64,000 bases of DNA from Candidatus Bathyarchaeota archaeon. GTDB lineage: Archaea > Thermoproteota > Bathyarchaeia > Bathyarchaeales > Bathycorpusculaceae. The DNA lies in the NCBI GenBank assembly GCA_963827165.1, contig CAWGZR010000005.1, positions 768,001 to 832,000 of the forward strand, given 5' to 3'. The notes beneath the pieces are model-generated. The model saw only the letters and a program-made list of their open reading frames with translations, ran no database searches and was not told where the DNA came from. A program made the position numbers and the translations under genes. Positions within the stretch are counted from its first letter, which is position 1, and each line of letters opens with the position of its first letter. This document shows positions 48,141 to 57,768 of the stretch, in pieces.

Positions 48141-48761
48141 ATGCACAAATCATTGGTTGTGAACTGTTCTTTAAAATCTAAAAGCGAGGCTTTAGTTGAA
48201 GCCGTTGGAAAGTTCAGCGAATATGAGGTTATCCATTTTAGCGATGTCAATGAGGGCTATCTAGTGGGCGAAGATTTTGACGCAGTTGTCCTCAGCGGTT
48301 CTGGAGCTCGAATAGTTGACCCGGCTGACAGGCGATTCTTCGAAGGCGTTGTCAAATTGATTAAAAACTGTGACTTGCCCACATTGGGCATTTGCTATGG
48401 TCACCAGTTGCTCTGCTGGGCTTTTGGCGCCAAAGTTGGGTCGCTTGCGCAGCCAGTTTTGGACCGTTTTGAGTCGGTACGGGTAGTTGAGGCCTACGGT
48501 ATATTCGGCGGTTTTAGAGAAAATCAGATAGTGCGTTTGTCAGAAAACCATTACGATTACGTCTTAAAAGAAAATCTTGACCAGGCGGGCTTCCATATTT
48601 TGGCGGATTCAGTTTCATGCGAAGTGGAAGCAGTTAAGCACAAAAGCAAACCGATTTACGGCGTTCAATTCCATCCTGAACGCATAAAAGCAAAAGACGA
48701 ATTGCATCCCGAGGGTCACAGGATCATCGAAAACTTTTACATGAAAGTGGTTAAAAAATAA
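48141..48761 (+). CDS. Class I glutamine amidotransferase
   Basis: LSG, GICYGHQ, GVQFHPE catalytic triad motifs. Confidence 0.88.
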   Translation: MHKSLVVNCSLKSKSEALVEAVGKFSEYEVIHFSDVNEGYLVGEDFDAVVLSGSGARIVDPADRRFFEGVVKLIKNCDLPTLGICYGHQLLCWAFGAKVGSLAQPVLDRFESVRVVEAYGIFGGFRENQIVRLSENHYDYVLKENLDQAGFHILADSVSCEVEAVKHKSKPIYGVQFHPERIKAKDELHPEGHRIIENFYMKVVKK

Positions 48762-48835
48762 CTACATAGATTTATCAAGTCGACTTTTAAGAAAAACTAA
48801 AGAATGCATGTTCGATGCTTTAGGGTGTGGTTTTT

Positions 48836-49271
48836 GTGGAATTTGAGAAGGCTCCAGCTGGACTTGTCGAATTCATCGCAGAAAAGGTGAAGAACGTAAA
48901 CTTCGAGTACCGCCAAATGTTCGGGTACCCCATCCTACTTCATCAACGGCAACATGTTTGTAGGACTTTTCGGTGATAAACTACTTCTGAGGCTTTCATA
49001 CGTTGACTCAGTGGAAATTTTTAAAACCCACCCGGACTCTGAGTTTTTTGAGTCAATGCCTGAAAGAGCAATGAAAGGCTATGTCGCACTTCCAAGATCA
49101 GTTTATTCAAACGACGCTGAGTTTGAGAAATTTCTCAATAAATCGATCGAATATGTTTCGTCGTTGCCTCCCAAAAAAACGAAAGCTAAGAAGAAAAGCG
49201 ACTATTCACCTATTTGTAGGGACAATCCCAAAATCTTGAAAAAAATTTATGTTGAAATAGCTCCAATTTAG
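48836..49271 (+). pseudogene. TfoX/Sxy N-terminal-family protein split by an extra C in CCCC 48928-48931
   Basis: Removing one C gives RQMFGYPSYFINGNMFVGLFG...MKGYV.LP...EYVSSLPPK. Confidence 0.75.
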
Positions 49272-50080
49272 ATTACTCGCGGGTAGGACCCTAGAATTTT
49301 CACGAATGTAGCGTATTTTTCCAAGGCTTCCAAAGCTTCTGCACAGCGTTTTTCGGTTCGATGACCTTCGAAGTCAAGGTAGAAGTTGTACTGCCATGCG
49401 GTGGTTTTTGTTGGTCTTGATTCGATTCTTGTCAAGTTGATATTTCTTGAAGCAAACTCTCCGAGGGCGTGGTAAAGGGTTCCAGGGGCGTGTTTGGCTG
49501 AGAAGATGATTGAGGTTTTGTCGTCTCCTGTCGGCGCCGCATCTTCATGTGACAACACCAGAAATCGGGTATAGTTCGATGCGTTATCAGCTATGTCTCT
49601 GGAGAGAATTTTCATGCCATAGAGACCTGCCGCTTTTTCGCTGGCGATTGCTGCAGCGTTGAAAAGGCATTTTTCTTTTATGAGCTTAACGCTTCCAGCT
49701 GTGTCATAGACAGGGATGATTTCCCATTTTTGTTTTTCAAGGTAGTTTCGGCATTGCGCCAGGGCCTGGGGATGCGAATAAACCGTTTCGATGTCCTCAA
49801 GTTTGGTTTGTGGGTTGCCGATAAGGACATGGGCAAGTTTCACCGCCACTTCTCCGCTGACTTTGAGGTCGTAGGCCAGGAACAAGTCATAGTTTTGGTT
49901 AACGCTGCCTTCGATCGAATTCTCGATTGGGATAACTCCAGCTGGAACCGCTGCATTCTTTACTGATTCGAAGACGTCACGGAAGTCCTTGCATGGAACT
50001 GGCTCCACTTTGCTGCCGAAGAACTTGTAGACCGCCATTTCGCTGTAGGCGCCGCTTTCACCTTGGAAGGCTACCTTCAC
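49268..50080 (-). CDS. pheA: Prephenate dehydratase
   Basis: AFQG..GAYS, PIENS.EG, SHPQALAQC, N.TRF, ESRP (ACT). Confidence 0.95.
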   Translation of the reverse strand: MKVAFQGESGAYSEMAVYKFFGSKVEPVPCKDFRDVFESVKNAAVPAGVIPIENSIEGSVNQNYDLFLAYDLKVSGEVAVKLAHVLIGNPQTKLEDIETVYSHPQALAQCRNYLEKQKWEIIPVYDTAGSVKLIKEKCLFNAAAIASEKAAGLYGMKILSRDIADNASNYTRFLVLSHEDAAPTGDDKTSIIFSAKHAPGTLYHALGEFASRNINLTRIESRPTKTTAWQYNFYLDFEGHRTEKRCAEALEALEKYATFVKILGSYPRVI

Positions 50081-51588
50081 GGTTTGTTTCCCTGCTTACG
50101 CTTAATCAGAAGCTTGTTTATACCGATTATCATCGCCTCAACACTAGCCATAACGATGTCCTCTCTAGCTGCACGTGCGGAGACAAGGTTTCCTTTTTCA
50201 TCTTCCACTTTAATAATGACTTCTGCAACCGCGTTTGAGCCACCAGTAATGGCTTCAAGACGGTATTCTCTGAGCCGAATTTTTTCTTGATTGCTGATTA
50301 GCTTCTGAATTGCTTTGAGAACCGCGTCAACTGGACCTACACCTGTCTCAGCTGCAACGTATTCTTTCCCATCCAGAACTAGCCGCACAGACGCAGTGGG
50401 AATGACTTTGATGCCTGTGACAACAGCCATGTCGCATAAGGAAACGATTTTTTCTTCCCCGATAACTTCGCCGATAACAGCTGAAGTTAACGCGAGCAGG
50501 TCAGCGTCTGTCACCATCTTACCTTTGTCGCCAAGTTCCTTAACTCGTTGAACAATCTCTTTCAGTTGCTTCTCTGTTGGGTGGATGCCGACTTCTTCCA
50601 ACTCGGCTTTGATGCCGCTTGTTCCTGCAAGTTTTCCAGCTACAAGTTTTCTTGTGCGTCCCACTAAGGCAGGGTCTATCGGTTCAAAGGTCAATGGTTT
50701 TTCAGTTACTCCGCGAGTGTGGATGCCTGATTCATGCGCAAAGGCGTTTTCGCCGACCAATGCCTTGTTAGCCTGCACAGCAATGCCTGTCAAAGTGGAA
50801 ACCATTCGGGACGTACTGTAGAGCAGTCGGCTATTTACACCCGTTCTATATTTGTAGATTATATGGAGTGCCATAACAACTTCTTCCAGCGCGGCGTTGC
50901 CTGCACGTTCGCCTAGTCCGTTGACTGCGACATGCACTTGTGCAGCGCCTGCTTCCACAGCCGCCAATGAGTTTGCGACTGCTAACCCGAAGTCGTCGTG
51001 GCAATGAATGCTGATGGGAACGCTAACTACGGATTTTATTTCTTCGACGAATTTTACGGTTGATTTGGGAATCATGATGCCGACAGTATCAGGTAGGTTT
51101 AATGTGTCCATCCCAGCTTCTTGTGCCGCTAGGCAGATTTTTTTGAGGAAAGACATTTCGGAGCGTGTGGCGTCCATGGGCGAAAACTCGCATTTAATCC
51201 CGTGCGCTTTAACATGCTCGATGGATTCGACGGCGGAAGCTAGCACTTGCTCAGGCGTCAAATTGACCGCATATCTCATCTGTACCTCGGAAGTGGGAAT
51301 GAAAACGTGAATTACGTCCACGTCGCAGTCCAGAGCCGCGTCAATATCGCCCTTTGTCGCGCGCGAAAGCGCGCAGATTTCAGAGTTCAAGCCCAGTTTG
51401 ACAATTTCTTTGACGACTTTTTTTTCGCCTTCAGAGGAACTTGGAAAACCCGCTTCTATGACGTCGACGCCCAGTTTGGCCAGTTGGCGCGCGATGTCAA
51501 CTTTGTCTTCAGGGGTTAAAGAAACCCCCGGCGTTTGTTCGCCGTCTCTTAGAGTGGTGTCTAAAATTCGAATGTATTTTCCAGTCAT
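50077..51588 (-). CDS. leuA: 2-isopropylmalate synthase / (R)-citramalate synthase family
   Basis: [29 protein letters not shown]-terminal regulatory domain; LeuA versus CimA not resolvable by eye. Confidence 0.85.
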   Translation of the reverse strand: MTGKYIRILDTTLRDGEQTPGVSLTPEDKVDIARQLAKLGVDVIEAGFPSSSEGEKKVVKEIVKLGLNSEICALSRATKGDIDAALDCDVDVIHVFIPTSEVQMRYAVNLTPEQVLASAVESIEHVKAHGIKCEFSPMDATRSEMSFLKKICLAAQEAGMDTLNLPDTVGIMIPKSTVKFVEEIKSVVSVPISIHCHDDFGLAVANSLAAVEAGAAQVHVAVNGLGERAGNAALEEVVMALHIIYKYRTGVNSRLLYSTSRMVSTLTGIAVQANKALVGENAFAHESGIHTRGVTEKPLTFEPIDPALVGRTRKLVAGKLAGTSGIKAELEEVGIHPTEKQLKEIVQRVKELGDKGKMVTDADLLALTSAVIGEVIGEEKIVSLCDMAVVTGIKVIPTASVRLVLDGKEYVAAETGVGPVDAVLKAIQKLISNQEKIRLREYRLEAITGGSNAVAEVIIKVEDEKGNLVSARAAREDIVMASVEAMIIGINKLLIKRKQGNKP

Positions 51589-51592
51589 TTTT

Positions 51593-52630
51593 TCAGCCAG
51601 TTTTCACTGTTAAGGCTGCGGCAATGGCTTCTGCCATTCCCACGGTCGTTGTGTCGCCGCCACAGTCTGGAACAGTTTGACCGTTACGTAATGCGTAAAT
51701 TACTCCATTCTCGATTGCCGCGCCTGCCTGAATGCATTTTTTGTCATTATATTTTTCTCCGAGCCACTCCAACATCATTTTTGCACTTAGAACCATCGAG
51801 ATCGGGTTTGCAGTGTGTTTTCCTTCCCTGTTTGGTGCGGAACCGTGTATGGGTTCGAAGAGTGCGAAGCCTTCGCCTATGTTTGCGCCTGGGGCCATAC
51901 CTAGTCCGCCGATGAGCTGGGCTGATTCGTCTGATAAGATGTCGCCGAACATGTTGCACGTGCAGAACACATCGAATATCTGCGGCTCCTTGATTAGGCG
52001 CATCGAAGCTGCGTCAACATACAACTCGTTAAACGCGATGTCTGGGTACTGCTTTGCTGTTTCACGGCATACGCTCGCAAATAACCCGTCAGTTATCCGC
52101 ATGACGTTTGCCTTGTGGATAGCAGTGACTTTCTTTTTGCCATTACGTAAACGCGCCATTTCAAAGGCTTTCTTGGCTATGCGCTGGCAGTTTTTGCGGG
52201 TGATCACTCTTAAACACAGAGTTGTGTCGTTGTCAAGAGTGAATTCTAAGCCTTTGTAAACGTCCTCGGTGTTTTCTCTTACCCAAAGCATGTCAATGTC
52301 TGGCCTAGCCGCTGGAACCGACGGGTAAGACTTGATTGGACGTAGGTTCGCGTATAAATCGAACATTAACCTGAGTTTAACTATAACGTCTGCCGCTGTT
52401 TCTCCAACGGGACCTTTGAGGCAAGCATGAGACGCCTTGATTATTTCAACGCTTTCTGCAGGCAGCGCCGCACCTCTTTTTGCCAACGTGCCATCGCCTG
52501 CTTCAGCCTCAACCATTTTCAGTTTTATGCCGAATGTCTTTTCAACGGCATCTAACACTTTCAGGGTCGCTTCTGTCAATTCTGGGCCGATCCCGTCTCC
52601 GGGAATCAGCGAAATCTTATACTCAGTCAT
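51593..52630 (-). CDS. leuB: 3-isopropylmalate (or homoisocitrate) dehydrogenase
   Basis: GDGIGPE, RENTE, HKAN, NMFGDILSD, EPIHGSAP. Confidence 0.88.
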   Translation of the reverse strand: MTEYKISLIPGDGIGPELTEATLKVLDAVEKTFGIKLKMVEAEAGDGTLAKRGAALPAESVEIIKASHACLKGPVGETAADVIVKLRLMFDLYANLRPIKSYPSVPAARPDIDMLWVRENTEDVYKGLEFTLDNDTTLCLRVITRKNCQRIAKKAFEMARLRNGKKKVTAIHKANVMRITDGLFASVCRETAKQYPDIAFNELYVDAASMRLIKEPQIFDVFCTCNMFGDILSDESAQLIGGLGMAPGANIGEGFALFEPIHGSAPNREGKHTANPISMVLSAKMMLEWLGEKYNDKKCIQAGAAIENGVIYALRNGQTVPDCGGDTTTVGMAEAIAAALTVKTG

Positions 52631-53130
52631 TTCTTGTCCAGTCTCCTACGTAAATTCTCGATTAGTCCACCATCAGCCAATATTTCTAAGATAAATGGTG
52701 GCAGCTTCTCTACTTGAAACTTTTTGCTCTTCGAGACGTTTTCTACCTTGCCAGCTTCGAAATCGACTGCTAATTCGTCGCCGGTTTCAACTGCTGCTGA
52801 TATTCCTTTGCATTCTATTACTGGCAAGCCAATGTTGATGGCGTTTCTGAAAAAGATTCTGGCGAAAGATTCGGCTAGCACGCATTTTACACCTGCGTAC
52901 TTCAGGGCTAAAGGCGCTTGTTCCCTGCTGGATCCGCACCCGAAGTTTTTGCCGCCCACCAGAACGACGCCGTTTTTGGCTTTCTGGGGAAAATCGGGGT
53001 CTATGCTTTCTAAAGCGTGTTTTGCTAACTCGTAAGGATCAACCAGTGTCAGGTATTTTCCAGGCAGAATGACATCTGTGTCGATGTTGTTTCCGAATCT
53101 TATTGCTGGACCTTTGATTTTTATGTTCAT
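52627..53130 (-). CDS. leuD: 3-isopropylmalate dehydratase / homoaconitase small subunit
   Basis: IDTD, NFGCGSSREQA, SFARIF.RN. Confidence 0.9.
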   Translation of the reverse strand: MNIKIKGPAIRFGNNIDTDVILPGKYLTLVDPYELAKHALESIDPDFPQKAKNGVVLVGGKNFGCGSSREQAPLALKYAGVKCVLAESFARIFFRNAINIGLPVIECKGISAAVETGDELAVDFEAGKVENVSKSKKFQVEKLPPFILEILADGGLIENLRRRLDKK

Positions 53131-54395
53131 GCTTTTACCTCCAGTTTTCTTGGGTCAGTGATTTTGCCTGTTACCGCTGAAGCAGCTACCGTGGCTGGGG
53201 AAGCCAAGTATACGCTGGCTTGAGTGCTGCCCATTCTCCCGATAAAGTTCCGATTTGAAGTGCTAACGCAAGTTTCACCCGCTGCCAGTAGTCCAATGTG
53301 TCCGCCTAAGCATGGTCCGCACGCTGAACCGCAAACTATTGCGCCTGCGTCAGTGAAGGTTTCCATTAATCCTTCGTCTAATGCTTGCTTGTAAACTTCC
53401 TGTGAAGCAGGAATCACAAGTGCCCTGACGCCGTCTTTTACGCGTCTGCCTTTCAGGACTTGCGCGGCTAAACGTAGGTCTTCTATTCTACCATTGGTGC
53501 ATGACCCAATGAAAGCCTGCTCTATTACAACGTTGCCTACTTCTGAAACAGGCTTCACGTTGTCCACCGATGATGGGCAAGCAATCTGGGGCTCCATCTT
53601 TGAAACATCAAACTCCGACGTGCTCTTGTAAACGGCGTCTTTGTCGCTTTTCAGCACTTCGAAATCTGGCAGGTTTTTGACTCTTCCCTTTAAGAATTCG
53701 CGGGTGATTTCGTCAGGTTCAATGATGCCGTTTTTGGCTCCCATTTCCACTGCCATATTGCACAGCGTCATTCTTCCCGATATGCTCATGTTTTTTATTG
53801 TTTGACCTGTGAATTCGGCGCTTTCGTAAATTGCGCCTTCAACGCTTACTTTCCCTATTATGGATAGTATTAGGTCTTTAGCTGTGACATACTTTGGGAA
53901 TTTTCCAGTAACGTTGATTTTTAATGCTTCGGGTACTTTAAGCCAGATTTTTCCAGTTGCCAAAACTGCTGCGGCTTCGGTTGATCCTATTCCCGTCGCA
54001 AAAGCTCCGAAGGCTCCGTAAGTGCATGTATGGGAGTCAGCGCCCACGATTACTGTACCAGGAACAACATGTCCCTTCTCAGGCATGACTTGATGGCAGA
54101 TTCCGCCTCTCCCAATGTCATAAATTCGCAGGTTCTGGTCTTTGGCAAATTGACGCATGGTCTTATGCAGTTCCGCTGCCTTCACAGATTCAGCCGGCAC
54201 CTGGTGGTCCAGTATAACCACTGCTTTTTGGTTATCCCAAACTTTCTTCACGCCTATTTTGTTGAATGCTTCAACAGCTAAAGGCCCAGTTAAATCATGC
54301 ACCATCACCATGTCAACGTTTGCGTCGACTATTTCTCCTGGATGCACGGTTTTTTTTCCTGAGGCTTTAGCCAAGATTTTTTCTGTTATGTTCAT
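53127..54395 (-). CDS. leuC: 3-isopropylmalate dehydratase / homoaconitase large subunit
   Basis: DSHTCT.G, GSCTNGR, C..C.G, NRNF.GR.G. Confidence 0.92.
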   Translation of the reverse strand: MNITEKILAKASGKKTVHPGEIVDANVDMVMVHDLTGPLAVEAFNKIGVKKVWDNQKAVVILDHQVPAESVKAAELHKTMRQFAKDQNLRIYDIGRGGICHQVMPEKGHVVPGTVIVGADSHTCTYGAFGAFATGIGSTEAAAVLATGKIWLKVPEALKINVTGKFPKYVTAKDLILSIIGKVSVEGAIYESAEFTGQTIKNMSISGRMTLCNMAVEMGAKNGIIEPDEITREFLKGRVKNLPDFEVLKSDKDAVYKSTSEFDVSKMEPQIACPSSVDNVKPVSEVGNVVIEQAFIGSCTNGRIEDLRLAAQVLKGRRVKDGVRALVIPASQEVYKQALDEGLMETFTDAGAIVCGSACGPCLGGHIGLLAAGETCVSTSNRNFIGRMGSTQASVYLASPATVAASAVTGKITDPRKLEVKA

Positions 54396-54440
54396 TTTTA
54401 TTCTCTTCTTCTATCAATTGCTTTTTTTGATACCGATAAC

Positions 54441-54458
54441 AATGACAAGTTTGTCATT
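54441..54458. promoter_or_regulatory. Inverted repeat AATGACAA-gt-TTGTCATT upstream of leuC, candidate operator
   Basis: Perfect 8-bp arms, 2-nt spacer, in the ilvN-leuC gap. Confidence 0.45.
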
Positions 54459-54501
54459 TTAAGAAAACTTGAAATTAAGGGTTTCCGTTCAAAGAGATGA
54501 T

Positions 54502-55014
54502 TTATTCGTCTATTCTGACGGTTTTTGCCCCTCTCGCTAATGCGGTTATGCCTGTTCTTGCAAGTTCAATGACTCCTGTTGTCTGCATAAGTTTTAGGAA
54601 CGCATCGAGTTTGTCAGGTGTCCCAGTTATTTCCACGGTTAGGCTATCAGTTGAGACGTCGATTATTCGTCCTCTGAAGACTTCCACACAGTTTATTATG
54701 TCAGAGCGATCTTTTGTGGTCGGCACGTTGACTTTTATTAAGGCGAGTTCCCGCATCACAAAGTGTCCTGGTTCTAGCTCTTCCACTTTCAGTACGTCGA
54801 TGAGTTTTGCCAATTGTTTGACGACTTGTTCAAGTGTTTTTTCGTCGCCGTTAACGGTTATTGTCATACGTGATGTATCGCTGTTTTCGCTTGGACCGAC
54901 TGTTATGCTTTCGATGTTGAAGTTTCTTCGTCTGAACAAATTGGCTACACCGTGAAGAACACCTGGCTTGTTTTCCACGAGGACAGAAATTACTTTAGTT
55001 TGATCGGTTTCCAT
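54502..55014 (-). CDS. ilvN: Acetolactate synthase small subunit
   Basis: VENKPGVL, RR.FNIESITVG, REL.LIKV, E.ARTG..A..RG. Confidence 0.95.
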   Translation of the reverse strand: METDQTKVISVLVENKPGVLHGVANLFRRRNFNIESITVGPSENSDTSRMTITVNGDEKTLEQVVKQLAKLIDVLKVEELEPGHFVMRELALIKVNVPTTKDRSDIINCVEVFRGRIIDVSTDSLTVEITGTPDKLDAFLKLMQTTGVIELARTGITALARGAKTVRIDE

Positions 55015-56726
55015 CAGTAGTCGCCCCTTTGTTGCGGTAAACCGCAGCCTGGAGGCACGAATGGAACAACGTCCTGTTCTGAGCCTATAGGCACATCGAT
55101 AACCGTTGTAACATTACTGGTTAGCGCTGTTTTAACTGCTTTTTGGAATTCTTCAAGAGAGTTCACTCTTAGTCCCTGTGCGCCGTAAGCTTCCGCAAGC
55201 TTAACGAAGTCAGGTGTTTTCCCCAAGTTAACTGCCATGTAACGGCGATTATAGAGCATTCTTTGCCACTGTGCAACCATACCCAGTACCGAGTTATTTA
55301 GCACTATGACTATGACCGGAATCTTTTCAGCGACAGAACATGCAAGTTCTTGTTCAGTCATTAGGAAACTGCCGTCACCAGCTATGTCTACGACGGGTCT
55401 ATCTGGGCATGCGACTTTTGCGCCTATTGCTGCTGGGAACCCAAAGCCCATAGTTCCAAGTCCGCCTGAACTGATGAAGGTTCTGGGTTTTAATGCTTGG
55501 AAGTACAGAGCTGACCACATTTGGTTTTGACCGACTTCTGTCGTAACGATGGCGTCTGCTGGCAGCAGCTTTCTTAGCTCTATCAGCAAGGCTTTGGGCA
55601 CTAGGTCTTTGGGTCTTTCTTTGAGGATTGGGCTCAGTTGCTCTTTTGCTTCTTTAATGCGTTTTGACCATAAGCTGACTTTCATCCTCGGAAGTTTCTT
55701 TGTGGTGACGGTCTGCAATAGCTTTAACGATATTTTTGCGTCTCCAACGATAGGTACGTCTACTTCAATATTCTTGCCTAGTTCTGCTGCATCTATATCT
55801 ATGTGGATTTTTTTGGCGTTAGGAGCAAAAGTATCCAAGTTAGCTGTTGCACGGTCAGAAAATCTTGTTCCCACGGCCAAGAGAACATCAGCTTCTCCAA
55901 TCAGCCTGTTTGCAGCTGGGTTTCCATGCATCCCGATGCATCCAACCGACAACGGGTGCCCCTCCGGGAAAGCCCCTTTCCCCATGAAGGTTGTCGCAAC
56001 TGGCGCGGTTAACAAATCTGACATCTGCATCAATTCGTCTGACGCGTTAGCGGAAATGACTCCGCCGCCAGCCAAAATAATTGGGTAAACCGCCTGTGCC
56101 AGTAGGTCAGCTGCTTCGCTGATTTTAGTCAAATCTGGAGTCATCGCTGGTTTGTAGCCTCGAGCTTCAATTTTTTCTGTAAGCCCCATCTCAATTTCAG
56201 CTGTGTCCGACTGCACATTCTTGGGTATGTCAATTAGGACTGGTCCCGGTCTACCTGATGATGCTATGTAGAAGGCTGCGTTAACCATTGGTTGAATTTC
56301 CATAATTGTTCTTGGCTGATAATTATGTTTGGTAATTGGCGTGGTGATGCCTATGATGTCTGCCTCTTGGAATGCGTCTTTACCAATCATATATGAAGAG
56401 TTAACTCCGGTTGAAGGAACCTGACCCGTAATTGCTATCATCGGCGAAGAATCCAGGTATGCGTTCGCTATCCCAGTGACCAGATTTGTTGCTCCGGGTC
56501 CTGATGTGGCCATACACACGCCCACTCGTCCGCTGGCTCTAGCATAGCCTTCGGCGGCGTGAGCCGCTCCCTGTTCGTGCCTAGCGAGTATGTGCCGAAT
56601 TTTCTGGTTGCCGCATAATTCATCATAGACAGGCAATATTGCTCCGCCTAAGATGCCGAATATGACGTCAACGTTTTGTTGTTCAAGAGATTCTATGAGT
56701 ACTTTTGCACCAGACATTCTAGTCAT
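55014..56726 (-). CDS. ilvB: Acetolactate synthase large subunit
   Basis: RHEQGA, TSGPGATN, GRPGPV, GQNQMW, GDGSF..NN TPP motif. Confidence 0.96.
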   Translation of the reverse strand: MTRMSGAKVLIESLEQQNVDVIFGILGGAILPVYDELCGNQKIRHILARHEQGAAHAAEGYARASGRVGVCMATSGPGATNLVTGIANAYLDSSPMIAITGQVPSTGVNSSYMIGKDAFQEADIIGITTPITKHNYQPRTIMEIQPMVNAAFYIASSGRPGPVLIDIPKNVQSDTAEIEMGLTEKIEARGYKPAMTPDLTKISEAADLLAQAVYPIILAGGGVISANASDELMQMSDLLTAPVATTFMGKGAFPEGHPLSVGCIGMHGNPAANRLIGEADVLLAVGTRFSDRATANLDTFAPNAKKIHIDIDAAELGKNIEVDVPIVGDAKISLKLLQTVTTKKLPRMKVSLWSKRIKEAKEQLSPILKERPKDLVPKALLIELRKLLPADAIVTTEVGQNQMWSALYFQALKPRTFISSGGLGTMGFGFPAAIGAKVACPDRPVVDIAGDGSFLMTEQELACSVAEKIPVIVIVLNNSVLGMVAQWQRMLYNRRYMAVNLGKTPDFVKLAEAYGAQGLRVNSLEEFQKAVKTALTSNVTTVIDVPIGSEQDVVPFVPPGCGLPQQRGDY

Positions 56727-56824
56727 TTTTCAATGCGTCTCCTTTTTCAACGAATATACTCTCGTCTGAACAAGAAAAGGCTGCAAATTTCGACGTGAGT
56801 CTTTGAGAGGGTTTCCTGGGCGAA

Positions 56825-56881
56825 TCAAAGAATACGTACCCGACGATCCCAACTATTGAGGTGACGATCCCTCATTTTCAT
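56825..56881 (-). CDS. Candidate leader uORF MKMRDRHLNSWDRRVRIL upstream of ilvB
   Basis: Lies between a TATA-like element (56924-56931) and ilvB; GAGG 7 nt before ATG 56875; ends V-R-I-L. Confidence 0.35.
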   Translation of the reverse strand: MKMRDRHLNSWDRRVRIL

Positions 56882-57095
56882 TCCTCGTAAATTCCACGTA
56901 CCCTAAAAGATCAGCCAAGTAAACATAAAAAGTTTACGGTGACTTCGCTAATCTCCACTGAAGATTACACTTTCCACCGTAACCTTAACTTGATAAAAGA
57001 GACCAAAACTTTTTTGCTTCTCCCTGTAAAACTAAAAATCCCTGGTAGCCGAAAGCCATTATTACTGGGTTTGCTTTTTTGTTTGGTGAAGTTCT

Positions 57096-57281
57096 ATGTG
57101 TGAATTTAACGTTATCCTCGAGGGGAAAACCCAGTTTAGAGATGTTATTTACGCTAGAGTTGAAGGCGACAAAGTAACGGTCAAAAACATTCTCGGAGAA
57201 TCCAAAGAGTTCATTGGCTACAAAATCGTTGATGTAGACGTGCCCAACACGAGGCTGGTGCTAGCTTCTACAAAGTCATAG
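57096..57281 (+). CDS. CooT-family small nickel-binding protein
   Basis: MCE start, .DV....EGD.V...NILGE.K...KI..VD pattern; GGTGA upstream. Confidence 0.78.
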   Translation: MCEFNVILEGKTQFRDVIYARVEGDKVTVKNILGESKEFIGYKIVDVDVPNTRLVLASTKS

Positions 57282-57768
57282 GCAAATTAGCGGTTAACAA
57301 ATCTTAGTTTGTACTCGATCGCTAAATAATTAACGCGTTGAATGTTTCAGTTTACTCCAAGAAACGGTAGAAGATGGGAAAGAAGAGAAACGACGTGAAT
57401 AGGCGTGGGCAACGCAGAAAATGTGGTGCAGAAGCTTGAAGTCATCAGGGGCCTGGGACCTTCATTCTCTCAATAAAAATTTCTGTTCCTAAACCTCGTG
57501 AAAACCGACGTCAAATAGAGTCTCTGCAGTCTTTCTCTGACTTCTATTTACTATAGATGTTCTTTTTCAGAGGTTTTAGTTTCTTTCGATGAAATCAGCG
57601 TTTTATAGAGCTCTATAGCTGTTTTTTAGATTTTTTCTGCAGTATAGTTGCAACCGATCCAAGCCCCAAACCAAAAAATCAACCCCAAACAAGTCCTAAA
57701 CTTTTTTTCGATGAACAAGAGCGAAGGATTAGTTTTTGTGATCCAATCAGCCGCAAAAACGGCTTGGC

